DNA of 31,078 nucleotides from a virus. Lineage: Duplodnaviria > Heunggongvirae > Uroviricota > Caudoviricetes. Both the position numbers and the translations under genes were made by a program. This document shows positions 18,921 through 27,679 of this stretch, one piece after another. The notes under the pieces were generated by a model. The model was given only the letters and a program-made list of their open reading frames with translations. It was not told the origin of the DNA and searched no databases. How positions within the stretch are numbered: position 1 is the stretch's first letter; every line of letters begins with the position of its first letter. The stretch covers positions 1 to 31,078 of the IMG/VR virus record IMGVR_UViG_2713896898_000008; one strand, written 5' to 3'.

Positions 18921-19390
18921 AACATTACCCTCACGAGGCCTTTAGGATTCTCCTTCCGATCAAAACCAAACCACCCTCTCCAGTAACTTCGCCTTTCACT
19001 ATAATCGATTTCTGGATGATTTTCAGGCAGCAAAAGAACGTCAATGCTGTAGTTTTCTTTAATAAAATCTCTATTTAACAATGAGCTAACCAATGGCATC
19101 AGCGTGTTTGGCAAAGAGTTTAGGGCCAAATAATCGACGACCACGAGTATATCTATGTCATCAGGTTCAGGTTTCTCTGTAGTGAATGAACCATCGATCC
19201 ACACTTCAGAGAAACATAGACACTGCTGATTAACAAGTTTAAATTGCTCAATAAGCTGTATAAAATTACAGTATAGCATACTTCTTCTAACGGATTTTGG
19301 GAAGGTGTCGACACAAAGAGACTTGATGCCATCACTATCCATATCATGAAATCCTGCTGTAAGAAGAGGTGGGAAGCTAGGCTTTTCCAT
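18917..19390 (-). CDS. nucleotidyltransferase-fold protein (Pol-beta/MNT-like), 157 aa
   Basis: motif WIDGSFTTEKPEPDDIDILVVVD fits the G-S-x(9-13)-D-x-D nucleotidyltransferase signature; SD AGGA 7 nt upstream; directly downstream of cI. Confidence 0.55.
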   Translation of the reverse strand: MEKPSFPPLLTAGFHDMDSDGIKSLCVDTFPKSVRRSMLYCNFIQLIEQFKLVNQQCLCFSEVWIDGSFTTEKPEPDDIDILVVVDYLALNSLPNTLMPLVSSLLNRDFIKENYSIDVLLLPENHPEIDYSERRSYWRGWFGFDRKENPKGLVRVML

Positions 19391-19471
19391 CCTAAGTCCT
19401 TGTTTATGCCATATAGTGTTCTATTTAATATTCTTGAAAAGAGTGTGCCTTAAAAAGCTACAGGCTAATTA

Positions 19472-20164
19472 TTAACCATGCTTCCTGTACGTCTGCGGCA
19501 TGCTCCCAATAACCTTACCGAAGATGAACACCCGGTTCATCTCGTCTTTCTCGATCGGGTCCCACGGTGAGTAGCTCTTGTTATCAGAGATAACCAGTAG
19601 CTTATCTTTCATCATTTGCAGGCGCTTTACATGGGCTGTGTCGTCGTACAGAAACGCATAGATACCATCACCGTCGAAAGATTTAACCGTGATATCAACG
19701 AACAGAAGATCACCTGGTTCGATCGTTCCTGACATGCTGTCACCGCGTACGTTAATGATGCGGATATTTTCTGCCTTCCTACCATCGAACATGTGACGAG
19801 CATCGTCAAACGAGTACTCAACCGAGCGTAGAACTTCTACAAACTCACGGTTGATGACACCCGGCCCGGCACTGACTTCTATATCAAGAACGTCAATCTT
19901 GAAGTATTTGGAATGGTTGACAGCAGGCTTCCCTGATTGTTGACCGTCATTTCTCATCGGGCCTATGCCTGATGAGAGCCACTCTGTTCGAACACCCAAT
20001 GCATTAGCTATTTCAACAATTTTTGTTGAGCCGCGCGCGTTGCCGCTTGTCAGTCTCCAGATTGTGGGTTGAGCTACGCCAGACGCCTTTGCAAGAGCGC
20101 CTTGAGACATTCCAGATTGTTCCATCGCTAGGTTTAAGCGATCAGCAAGAGTTTCTTTTTTCAT
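19472..20164 (-). CDS. cI: CI-like prophage repressor (HTH plus S24 LexA-like autopeptidase domain)
   Basis: N-terminal XRE-type HTH (LADRLNLAMEQSGMSQGALAKASGVAQPTIWRL); C-terminal GDSM...K peptidase S24 motif; ORF-track 19472..20200 trimmed to ATG 20164, which lies just downstream of a TTGACC/TATAAA promoter (leaderless, as for lambda pRM). Confidence 0.85.
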   Translation of the reverse strand: MKKETLADRLNLAMEQSGMSQGALAKASGVAQPTIWRLTSGNARGSTKIVEIANALGVRTEWLSSGIGPMRNDGQQSGKPAVNHSKYFKIDVLDIEVSAGPGVINREFVEVLRSVEYSFDDARHMFDGRKAENIRIINVRGDSMSGTIEPGDLLFVDITVKSFDGDGIYAFLYDDTAHVKRLQMMKDKLLVISDNKSYSPWDPIEKDEMNRVFIFGKVIGSMPQTYRKHG

Positions 20165-20274
20165 AAGTTTTAATTTATACGCTTGCGTATTGATGGTCAA
20201 AACACGTTTTGCTATTGCTTAGGTTAATACGTATTGCTATTATTCCTTCATTGCAATACCAATAGGAATTGATA
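20165..20274. promoter_or_regulatory. divergent pRM/pR-like promoters and operator repeats (immunity switch)
   Basis: minus strand -35 TTGACC (20200..20195) and -10 TATAAA (20179..20174); plus strand -35 TTGCTT (20215-20220), 17-nt spacer, -10 TATTAT (20238-20243); repeated TTGCTATTG-type motifs shared with the pL region. Confidence 0.6.
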
Positions 20275-20502
20275 ATGACAAATCAAACCATTCAACTCGC
20301 AATCAGTATTACAGGTAGTCAAAAACGACTGGCAGATCTATGCGGTGTAGCCCAACCCACAGTTTGGCGTTGGCTACACGGTGGCGGAATTGATGCCCGC
20401 TATGTAATGAAAATTGTCTCAGCCACTGGTGGAAAGATTAAACCAGCAGATATTCGTCCCGACCTCGCACCATTGTTTAACGCGAGTAATTCTGCCGCCT
20501 AA
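20275..20502 (+). CDS. cro: Cro-like HTH repressor
   Basis: 75 aa from ATG 20275 (track ORF starts at TTG 20269); HTH SQKRLADLCGVAQPTVWRW; divergent from cI. Confidence 0.75.
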   Translation: MTNQTIQLAISITGSQKRLADLCGVAQPTVWRWLHGGGIDARYVMKIVSATGGKIKPADIRPDLAPLFNASNSAA

Positions 20503-20526
20503 ACTGCGGCGTTAACTGATAAGGCA

Positions 20527-21072
20527 ATGACTATGCAACCACTTACATACCAACAGACTAGCGGGTTTAGCCCGACTGCGGTGATAAATCGTTCTCAAAC
20601 AAAACAGGCGCCAGGCCACGAAAAAATCCGTGATGCCGTTCGCGCCTGGTCGGCTGCAGATAATCAGGATGTTGTTGCCGCACTCATTGTGAATGAGTAT
20701 CGGGAGCAGGGCGGCGGCACCATCGATTTCCCTGATGATGTCAGCCGTGCACGCCAGAAGTTGTTCCGCTTCCTCGATAACAAATTCGATTCTGAAAAAT
20801 ACCGAAATAACGTGCGTGAACTGACCCCGGCAATTCTGGCGGTACTACCGCTGGAATATCGCGGCCACCTGGTTGAGCAGGATAGCTTCATGGCTCGGCT
20901 GGCTGAAATGGAAAAGGAACTCAGTGAGGCAAAGCAGGCGGTCATTCTCAACGCACCACGCCACCAGAAACTGAAGGAAATGAGTGAAGGTATTGTGTCG
21001 ATGTTTCGTGTGGACCCGGATCTGGCTGGCCCATTAATGGCGATGGTTGCCACCATGCTGGGGGCAATATGA
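20527..21072 (+). CDS. CII-like / YdaT-like regulatory protein (181 aa)
   Basis: occupies the cII position between cro and O; family assignment from recollection of ~170-aa CII-like prophage proteins, not verified. Confidence 0.4.
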   Translation: MTMQPLTYQQTSGFSPTAVINRSQTKQAPGHEKIRDAVRAWSAADNQDVVAALIVNEYREQGGGTIDFPDDVSRARQKLFRFLDNKFDSEKYRNNVRELTPAILAVLPLEYRGHLVEQDSFMARLAEMEKELSEAKQAVILNAPRHQKLKEMSEGIVSMFRVDPDLAGPLMAMVATMLGAI

Positions 21073-21158
21073 CAGGTTCAGAAATGGCGAAAGTCGGTCT
21101 GCGGGAACAGAACCGACTTTCAGGTGCAAATCGTAACACACTCATTGCGGGAGGAATT

Positions 21159-22088
21159 ATGGCAAACACTGCTGAGATATTCAATTTTCCAGTACCGGAT
21201 GTGGCACAAAAGGAGCCGCGCGTGGCAGATCTCGATGATGGTTATACGCGCATTGCAAATGAGTTGCTGGAAGCTGTAATGCTGGCCGGATTAACACAGC
21301 ACCAGCTTCTGGTCTTCCTGGCTGTCATGCGCAAAACATATGGCTTTAATAAAAAACTGGATTGGGTGAGCAACGAGCAACTTTCCGAATTGACCGGGAT
21401 ATTGCCGCACAAGTGTTCTGCTGCAAAAAGCGTTCTGGTAAAGCGTGGGATTCTTATTCAGAGCGGGCGGAATATCGGCATCAATAATGTGGTCAGTGAA
21501 TGGTCAACATTACCCGAATCAGGTAAGAAAAATAAAGTTTACCTGAAAGAGGTAAATTTACCTGAATCAGGTAAGAAAAGTTTACCCAAATCAGGTAAAG
21601 GCACTTACCCGAATCAGGTAAACACAAAAGACAAACTAACAAAAGACAATATAAAACCTTTTTCGTCCGAGAATTCTGACGAATCCTCTGACCAGCCAGA
21701 AAATGCCCTTCCTGTGGTGAAACCGGATGCTGCGATTCAGAGCGGCAGCAAGTGGGGGACAGCAGAAGACCTGACCGCCGCAGAGTGGATGTTTGACATG
21801 GTGAAGACCATCGCGCCATCAGCCAGAAAACCGAATTTTGCAGGGTGGGCTAACGATATCCGCCTGATGCGTGAACGTGACGGACGTAACCACCGCGACA
21901 TGTGCGTGCTGTTCCGCTGGGCATGCCAGGACAACTTCTGGTCCGGTAACGTGCTAAGTCCGGCCAAACTCCGCGACAAGTGGACCCAACTCGAAATCAA
22001 CCGTAACAAGCAACAGGCAGGCGTGACAGCTAGCAAACCAAAACTCGACCTGACAAACACAGACTGGATCCACGGGGTGGATCTATGA
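21159..22088 (+). CDS. O: replication initiation protein O
   Basis: N-terminal domain matches lambda O (DLDDGYTRIANELLEAVMLAGLTQHQLLVFLAVMRKTYGFNK); iterons inside the gene; start chosen at ATG 21159 with SD GGGAGG (track ORF 21069..22088). Confidence 0.85.
   Translation: MANTAEIFNFPVPDVAQKEPRVADLDDGYTRIANELLEAVMLAGLTQHQLLVFLAVMRKTYGFNKKLDWVSNEQLSELTGILPHKCSAAKSVLVKRGILIQSGRNIGINNVVSEWSTLPESGKKNKVYLKEVNLPESGKKSLPKSGKGTYPNQVNTKDKLTKDNIKPFSSENSDESSDQPENALPVVKPDAAIQSGSKWGTAEDLTAAEWMFDMVKTIAPSARKPNFAGWANDIRLMRERDGRNHRDMCVLFRWACQDNFWSGNVLSPAKLRDKWTQLEINRNKQQAGVTASKPKLDLTNTDWIHGVDL
21510..21623. repeat. origin of replication iterons within O (five copies of ~TTACCCGAATCAGGTAAG)
   Basis: direct repeats at ~21510, 21538, 21558, 21581, 21604 followed by A-rich tract, the arrangement of ori-lambda. 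Confidence 0.8.
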
Positions 22089-22786
22089 AAAACATCGCCG
22101 CACAGATGATTAACTTTGACCGTGAGCAGATGCGTCGGATCGCCAACAACATGCCGGAACAGTACGACGAAAAGCCGCAGGTACAGCAGGTAGCGCAGAT
22201 CATCAATGGTGTGTTCAGCCAGTTACTGGCAACTTTCCCGGCGAGCCTGGCTAACCGGGACCAGAACGAACTGAACGAAATCCGCCGCCAGTGGGTGCTG
22301 GCTTTCCGGGAAAACGGGATCACCACAATGGAACAGGTTAACGCAGGAATGCGCGTAGCCCGTCGGCAGAATCGACCATTCCTGCCATCACCCGGGCAGT
22401 TTGTTGCCTGGTGCCGGGAAGAAGTATCCGTTATCGCCGGGCTGCCAAACGTCAGCGAGCTGGTTGATATGGTTTACGAGTATTGCCGGAAGCGTGGCCT
22501 GTATCCGGACGCAGAGTCTTATCCGTGGAAATCAAACGCGCACTACTGGCTGGTTACCAACCTGTACCAGAACATGCGGGCCAATGCGCTGACTGACGCG
22601 GAATTACGGCGCAAGGCTGCCGATGAACTGACTTGTATGACCGCGCGAATTAACCGTGGTGAGGCGATACCTGAACCAGTAAAACAACTTCCTGTCATGG
22701 GCGGCAGACCTCTAAATCGAGCACAGGCTCTGGCGAAGATCGCAGAAATCAAAGCTAAGTTCGGACTGAAAGGAGCAAGTGTATGA
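22085..22786 (+). CDS. P: replication protein P (DnaB helicase loader)
   Basis: 233 aa, near-identical to my recollection of lambda P (MKNIAAQM.NFDREQMRRIANNMPEQYDEKPQVQQ...KAKFGLKGASV); ATGA overlap with O. Confidence 0.95.
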   Translation: MKNIAAQMINFDREQMRRIANNMPEQYDEKPQVQQVAQIINGVFSQLLATFPASLANRDQNELNEIRRQWVLAFRENGITTMEQVNAGMRVARRQNRPFLPSPGQFVAWCREEVSVIAGLPNVSELVDMVYEYCRKRGLYPDAESYPWKSNAHYWLVTNLYQNMRANALTDAELRRKAADELTCMTARINRGEAIPEPVKQLPVMGGRPLNRAQALAKIAEIKAKFGLKGASV

Positions 22787-23094
22787 CGGGCAAAGAGGCA
22801 ATTATTCATTACCTGGGGACTCATAAGAGCTTCTGTGCGCAGGACGTTGCCGCGGTAACAGGCGCAACAGTAACCAGCATAAATCAGGCAGCGGCTAAAA
22901 TGGCGCGGGCAGGAATCCTGGTCATTGATGGTAAGGTCTGGCGAACGGTGTATTACCGGTTCGCTACCAGAGAAGAACGGGAAGGAAAGGTGAGCACGAA
23001 CCTGATTTTTAAGGAGTGTCGCCAGAGTGTCGCGATGAAACGAGTGTTGGCTGTGTATGGAAAAGTAAACGCACTATCATTGATGACAACCTAA
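22783..23094 (+). CDS. ren: Ren (Rex exclusion protein)
   Basis: MTGKEAIIHYLGTH.SFCA.DVAA.TGATVTSINQAAAKMARAG matches lambda Ren. Confidence 0.85.
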   Translation: MTGKEAIIHYLGTHKSFCAQDVAAVTGATVTSINQAAAKMARAGILVIDGKVWRTVYYRFATREEREGKVSTNLIFKECRQSVAMKRVLAVYGKVNALSLMTT

Positions 23095-23173
23095 ATATTT
23101 ACAAAATGGAATTATCAATGGTCATATAATTACATGCCCCGGCACATAATGCTTGGGGTAAATATATTGAATG

Positions 23174-23560
23174 TTAATAGTTTATTCTTTCTGATATATA
23201 CCCGTCGAGATCTGAAAGAATTTCGCCAGTTTCAATATCTATTGCGGTTAATATTCTATCAATATAGAAACTTCGCATGCTTTTTCTTAAATGGCACCGT
23301 GCATATATTTTTTTCTTTGAAGGGTCGTATTTTATGATAGATATATGGCGATTAGTGATTTCGCCCTTCGCATCCTGATAAGTTATATCTAACTCAATGA
23401 TATCGGTACTATAACTATAGTTAGTTTGCGTTTTTTTATGTGTGGGTGCCTTTATTTTTTTAGTAGTACGAACTGGTTGCGAAGGTGGATTTTGGGATTT
23501 GGAGCTTTTAAAAACGAAAGCGGCAATAATCAGGATAGCTATTAATACTATAAACCACAT
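23174..23560 (-). CDS. membrane-anchored WYL-like domain protein (moron)
   Basis: N-terminal TM helix (WFIVLIAILIIAAFVF); C-terminal KIYARCHLRKSMRSFYIDRI resembles the WYL-domain core; start at ATG 23560 with SD AGGTG; AT-rich and antisense to flanking phage genes. Confidence 0.5.
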   Translation of the reverse strand: MWFIVLIAILIIAAFVFKSSKSQNPPSQPVRTTKKIKAPTHKKTQTNYSYSTDIIELDITYQDAKGEITNRHISIIKYDPSKKKIYARCHLRKSMRSFYIDRILTAIDIETGEILSDLDGYISERINY

Positions 23561-23922
23561 ATTTAACACCTAAAAACTGTTTAAAGTCAGTATGATAGAG
23601 CGATTTCTGGAACCTGTTGAGTGATGGTGATCACATTATGAGAATGAATGACTGCGGTTGACCGCCACCATTCACTGGGGCTAATTCTTTGTGTTGCCGC
23701 AAAATCGGCACACGGGATTGGCGTCCCGGAACACTACTCAACGCATACCGCGTTAAGCAGTTTTTTATGCGCTAAGCGCGGCTACGCCCAAATTATGGTG
23801 GGCTGTGTGAGGGCTTCTTCGGAAGCGCCGGGTTTGTGTAGCCGGTTACGCCAACCTTGCACAGTTCACTACCTGTCGATTGGCGTCGTTGGTGGTGATT
23901 GTTAACCTGATGAGGTGATACT

Positions 23923-24240
23923 ATGACTACTCAATTAGCATTCCACAAAACGACGTTTACCCCGATTTGCCACAACAACAGAATTTGGCTTACTGCCACT
24001 GAAGTTGGTTTAGCAATGGAATATGCGGACGATAACGCAGCTAAGCGCATTTACTCTCGTCACTCAGATGAATTTACAGACATGATGATAGGAGGGGTCA
24101 AAGTGACCACCCTCGTGGAATGCAGGCGTCTCGAGTATTTAGCCTTCGGGGAGACCAACGGATCGTCATGTTCGCACGAACTCCTGTGGTCAAAGAGTTC
24201 CCCCGCTGGGTTCTGAATATTCTCGATCGAGAAGTTCAAT
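23923..24240 (+). pseudogene. Bro-N-like antirepressor-domain gene with an apparent -1 frameshift at a C-run (~24110-24112)
   Basis: frame 1 reads ...DEFTDMMIGGVKVTT then degenerates; the adjacent frame continues PRGMQASRVFSLRG...MFARTPVVKEFPRWVLNILDREVQ*, a typical Bro-N C-terminus. Confidence 0.45.
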
Positions 24241-24482
24241 AATCCCCAATCACAGAACAATTCACTGATAACGAACTTCTTTTTATACTGTTGATAAATG
24301 TTTTTAGGCTGCTTATACACTATATTCTTTTGTGTCTGTGAATTTATGTGGCAGCAAATTGCTATGGGGTATTTGTTGTATATTTAAGAAAATGTGATCT
24401 CGATTGTCTTTTTAAATAAAAATTAAACAAAATTATAACTCGCCGCTAAGGTTTATAAAAGTATGCATTAGCAGGTGTCAAC

Positions 24483-26009
24483 ATGAAAAAAGCCATAGCA
24501 TATATGCGATTTTCATCACCAAGCCAGATGTCTGGTGATTCATTAAACCGTCAGAGAAGGCTTATTACTGAATGGCTAAAGGTAAATAGTGATTATTACC
24601 TTGATACCGTAACGTATGAAGATTTGGGGTTAAGCGCATTCAATGGAAAGCATGCACAGTCAGGAGCTTTTTCGGAATTTTTAGATGCCATAGAGCATGG
24701 CTGTATATTGCCAGGAACTACATTGCTAGTTGAAAGTCTGGACAGACTTTCAAGAGAAAAAGTCGGTGAGGCGATTGAACGCCTGAAACTGATTTTAAAT
24801 CATGGTATTGATGTTATAACTCTGTGCGATAATACAACTTATAATATTGATTCTTTAAATGAACCATATTCATTAATAAAAGCAATACTTATAGCTCAAA
24901 GAGCCAATGAAGAAAGCGAGATAAAGTCAAGCCGAGTTAAATTATCATGGAAGAAAAAAAGACAAGATGCAATGGAGTCAGGTACGATTATGACGGCATC
25001 TTGCCCGAGATGGCTTTCATTAGATGAAAAAAGAACGTCGTTTGTCTTAGACCCTGACAGGGTGAAAACGATTGAGCTGATTTTTAAACTAAGGATGGAA
25101 AGACGCTCTTTGAATGCAATTGCTAAGTATTTAAATGATCATGCTATAAAGAATTTCTCAGGAAAAGAAAGTGCATGGGGGCCTTCTGTAATTGAAAAAT
25201 TATTAGCTAATAAAGCGCTGATAGGTATATGCGTACCTTCATATCGTGCAAGAGGGAAGGGAATAATTGAAATCGCTGACTATTATCCCAGAGTGATATC
25301 AGATGATTTGTTTTACTCTGTGCAGGAAATTCGGCTGGCACCTTTTGGTATTAGCAATAGTAGCAAGAATCCTATGTTGATAAATCTACTGCGAACAGTT
25401 ATGAAGTGCGGCGCTTGTGGTAATACTATGATTGTTAATGCAGTATCAGGAAGCTTGCACGGCTATTATGTTTGCCCGATGAGAAGATTGCATCGATGTA
25501 ACAGGCCATCAATAAGAAGAGATTTGGTTGACTATAATATAGTTAATGAATTGCTTTTTAATTGTAGTAAAATCCAACCAGTTGAAAATAAGAAAGATGT
25601 TAATGAAACTCTGGAATTGAAAGTTATTGAACTTCAGATGAAAATTAATAATTTAATTGTTGCATTATCTGTTGCACCTGAAGTTACCGCTATAGCAGAA
25701 AAAATTAGAGTATTAGATAAAGAATTGCGAAGGGTTTCTATATCATTAAAAACTTTGAAGAGTAAAGGTGTAAGTACACTTGGTGATTTCCATGACATTG
25801 ATTTAACCAGTAAAAATGGGCGGGAATTATGTCGTACACTTGCTTATAAAACATTCGAAAAAATTATAATAAACACAGATAACAAAACATGTGATATCTA
25901 TTTTATGAATGGTATTGTTTTTAAACACTATCCTTTGATGAAAATAATATCTGCCCAACAGGCGATAAGTACTCTCAGGTATATGATTGATGGGGAAGTT
26001 TATTTTTAA
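24483..26009 (+). CDS. large serine recombinase (resolvase-domain plus recombinase and zinc-ribbon regions)
   Basis: 508 aa; N-terminal AIAYMRFSSPSQ...SLNRQ catalytic-serine resolvase motif; Cys cluster CGACGN...C; AT-rich codon usage unlike the flanking nin genes. Confidence 0.8.
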   Translation: MKKAIAYMRFSSPSQMSGDSLNRQRRLITEWLKVNSDYYLDTVTYEDLGLSAFNGKHAQSGAFSEFLDAIEHGCILPGTTLLVESLDRLSREKVGEAIERLKLILNHGIDVITLCDNTTYNIDSLNEPYSLIKAILIAQRANEESEIKSSRVKLSWKKKRQDAMESGTIMTASCPRWLSLDEKRTSFVLDPDRVKTIELIFKLRMERRSLNAIAKYLNDHAIKNFSGKESAWGPSVIEKLLANKALIGICVPSYRARGKGIIEIADYYPRVISDDLFYSVQEIRLAPFGISNSSKNPMLINLLRTVMKCGACGNTMIVNAVSGSLHGYYVCPMRRLHRCNRPSIRRDLVDYNIVNELLFNCSKIQPVENKKDVNETLELKVIELQMKINNLIVALSVAPEVTAIAEKIRVLDKELRRVSISLKTLKSKGVSTLGDFHDIDLTSKNGRELCRTLAYKTFEKIIINTDNKTCDIYFMNGIVFKHYPLMKIISAQQAISTLRYMIDGEVYF

Positions 26010-26116
26010 ATAATTAACTCTGTTTCGGAATAAATATTAAGTTAGAGAATGCTGCCACAGCTATTTAGAGTAAATTGTATATTGTTTGTTGGCTGCACAT
26101 ATGATTTAGATAAAAA

Positions 26117-26138
26117 GTAACCCACCGAAGTGGGTTAC
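26117..26138 (-). terminator. stem-loop terminator downstream of the lipoprotein gene
   Basis: GTAACCCAC-CGAA-GTGGGTTAC; minus strand followed by TTTTTATCTA. Confidence 0.65.
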
Positions 26139-26143
26139 TATCA

Positions 26144-26500
26144 TCATCCTGCGTTTTCGCATCCAGGAAGGCTGCGGTCAATAATGAGATTCCCTTCAAC
26201 ACGTAAACCAATTTTACCAACCAGGAATGATTGGTTAAGTTGTGTTACAACAACGTCAGTCAGACCCACAGCGCAACGGTCTTGCTCGATTGCACGATCG
26301 GCAGCAGTTTTTACATTGGGAATACCTGTTGGGAAGATGATAACAGGATAGCTATCTTCTGCAGTTACGCGTTTTCCTTTGTAAAATTTACCACCATTTA
26401 AATTATAGTTTTTTGTACTGGCTACAGTAAGGTCTGCTACACGAACGGTACATCCGGTCAGCAAAAGGGTTGCCAATGCGACAGCCAACATTTTTTTCAT
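26144..26500 (-). CDS. lipoprotein (signal peptide with lipobox LLTGC), function unknown
   Basis: MKKMLAVALATLLLTGC signal/lipobox; 118 aa; moron-like position in the nin region. Confidence 0.6.
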   Translation of the reverse strand: MKKMLAVALATLLLTGCTVRVADLTVASTKNYNLNGGKFYKGKRVTAEDSYPVIIFPTGIPNVKTAADRAIEQDRCAVGLTDVVVTQLNQSFLVGKIGLRVEGNLIIDRSLPGCENAG

Positions 26501-26770
26501 TATTTTTTCCTTTTGTTACACTAAAAAATCCGGCGGATTCTATCATGTGGTTCTTATCTGATCACATCATTTACCGATAAAATTCTTTTGATTTTCAATT
26601 ATCAATAAGAGAAAATTCTTCTGCTGTCGGCCTGAACACCCGGCGGTGGGGTTGCGCTAAACGGGGACGTTTATGCGCACATACAATCCAAACTCTCTTC
26701 TCCCTTCACAGATGCAGAAATGCACCTGCAATTCTTTGCATCTAGCGTTTGACCTCTGCGGAGGTGAAGC

Positions 26771-27226
26771 GTGAACCTCTCACAAGACGGCATCAAACTG
26801 CATCGCGGTAACTTCACCGCTATCGGTCAGCAGATCCAGCCTTATCTGGAGGACGGTAAATGCTTTCGCATGGTGCTTAAACCGTGGCGCGAGAGACGCA
26901 GTCTTTCCCAGAATGCACTCAGCCACATGTGGTACAGCGAAATCAGTGAGTACCTCATCAGCAGGGGTAAAACGTTCGCTACTGCAGTATGGGTAAAAGA
27001 TGCACTCAAACACACATACCTCGGTTATGAAACCAAAGACCTGGTTGATGTCGTAACCGGTGAAATCACTACGATCCAGTCGTTACGCCATACCTCCGAT
27101 CTTGATACCGGAGAGATGTATGTCTTCCTGTGTAAGGTTGAAGCCTGGGCGATGAATATTGGCTGTCACCTGACTATTCCGCAGAGCTGCGAGTTCCAGC
27201 TGCTGCGCGACAAGCAGGAGGCGTAA
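26771..27226 (+). CDS. ninB: NinB-like recombination protein
   Basis: motif [18 protein letters not shown] resembles lambda NinB RNRSLDQNRKLW...; GTG start with SD GGAGG; nin-region position. Confidence 0.55.
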
Positions 27227-27396
27227 TGGCTACACCACTTATTCGTGTCATGAGCGGACACATCTACAGAGTACCAAATCGTCGTAAGCGTAAACCGGAG
27301 CTGAAGCCTTCCGAAATACCAACACTGCTCGGATATACCGCCAGCCTGGTTGATAAAAAATGGTTGCGACTGGCAGCAAGGAGGAATCATGGCTGA
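27226..27396 (+). CDS. ninE: NinE-like small protein (56 aa)
   Basis: not in ORF track (size cutoff); ATG overlaps ninB stop (TAATGG); C-terminus LVDKKWLRLAARR resembles lambda NinE LWDIRWLRRRARK. Confidence 0.5.
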   Translation: MATPLIRVMSGHIYRVPNRRKRKPELKPSEIPTLLGYTASLVDKKWLRLAARRNHG

Positions 27397-27679
27397 TTTG
27401 AGAAAAGCAGCGCGTAGTCGGGAATGCCAGGTAAGAATCCCTGGCGTATGTAATGGCAACCCTGAAACGTCTGTACTGGCACATATCCGGCTGACTGGAT
27501 TGTGCGGCACCGGTACCAAACCGCCAGACCTGATTGCCACCATTGCATGTTCTGCCTGCCACGACGAAATCGACCGTCGCACGCATTTTGTTGACGCTGG
27601 ATATGCAAAAGAATGTGCGCTGGAAGGTATGGCGAGAACACTGGTTATCTGGCTGAAAGAAGGGGTAATCAAGGCGTGA
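27389..27679 (+). CDS. ybcO: DUF1364-family zinc-binding protein (YbcO-like)
   Basis: 96 aa [27 protein letters not shown]...CSACHDEID matches my recollection of DLP12 YbcO; start at internal ATG of track ORF 27350..27679. Confidence 0.6.
   Translation: MADLRKAARSRECQVRIPGVCNGNPETSVLAHIRLTGLCGTGTKPPDLIATIACSACHDEIDRRTHFVDAGYAKECALEGMARTLVIWLKEGVIKA

Noticed and set aside
18226-19821. ORFs 18226..18471, 19153..19347, 19627..19821
   Set aside because: Antisense or alternate-frame overlaps of the rex-position genes and cI.
20664-22824. Minus-strand ORFs across the cII-like, O and P genes, and 22401..22592
   Set aside because: Antisense to the replication genes; the O-region ones are partly generated by the iteron repeats.
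23134-23337. 67-aa plus-strand ORF
   Set aside because: Antisense within the WYL-like gene.
23648-23905. 85-aa GC-rich plus-strand ORF
   Set aside because: No SD, Cys/Gly/Ala-rich translation; more likely non-coding leader upstream of the Bro-N gene.
24060-24320. 86-aa minus-strand ORF
   Set aside because: Antisense to the Bro-N-like gene.
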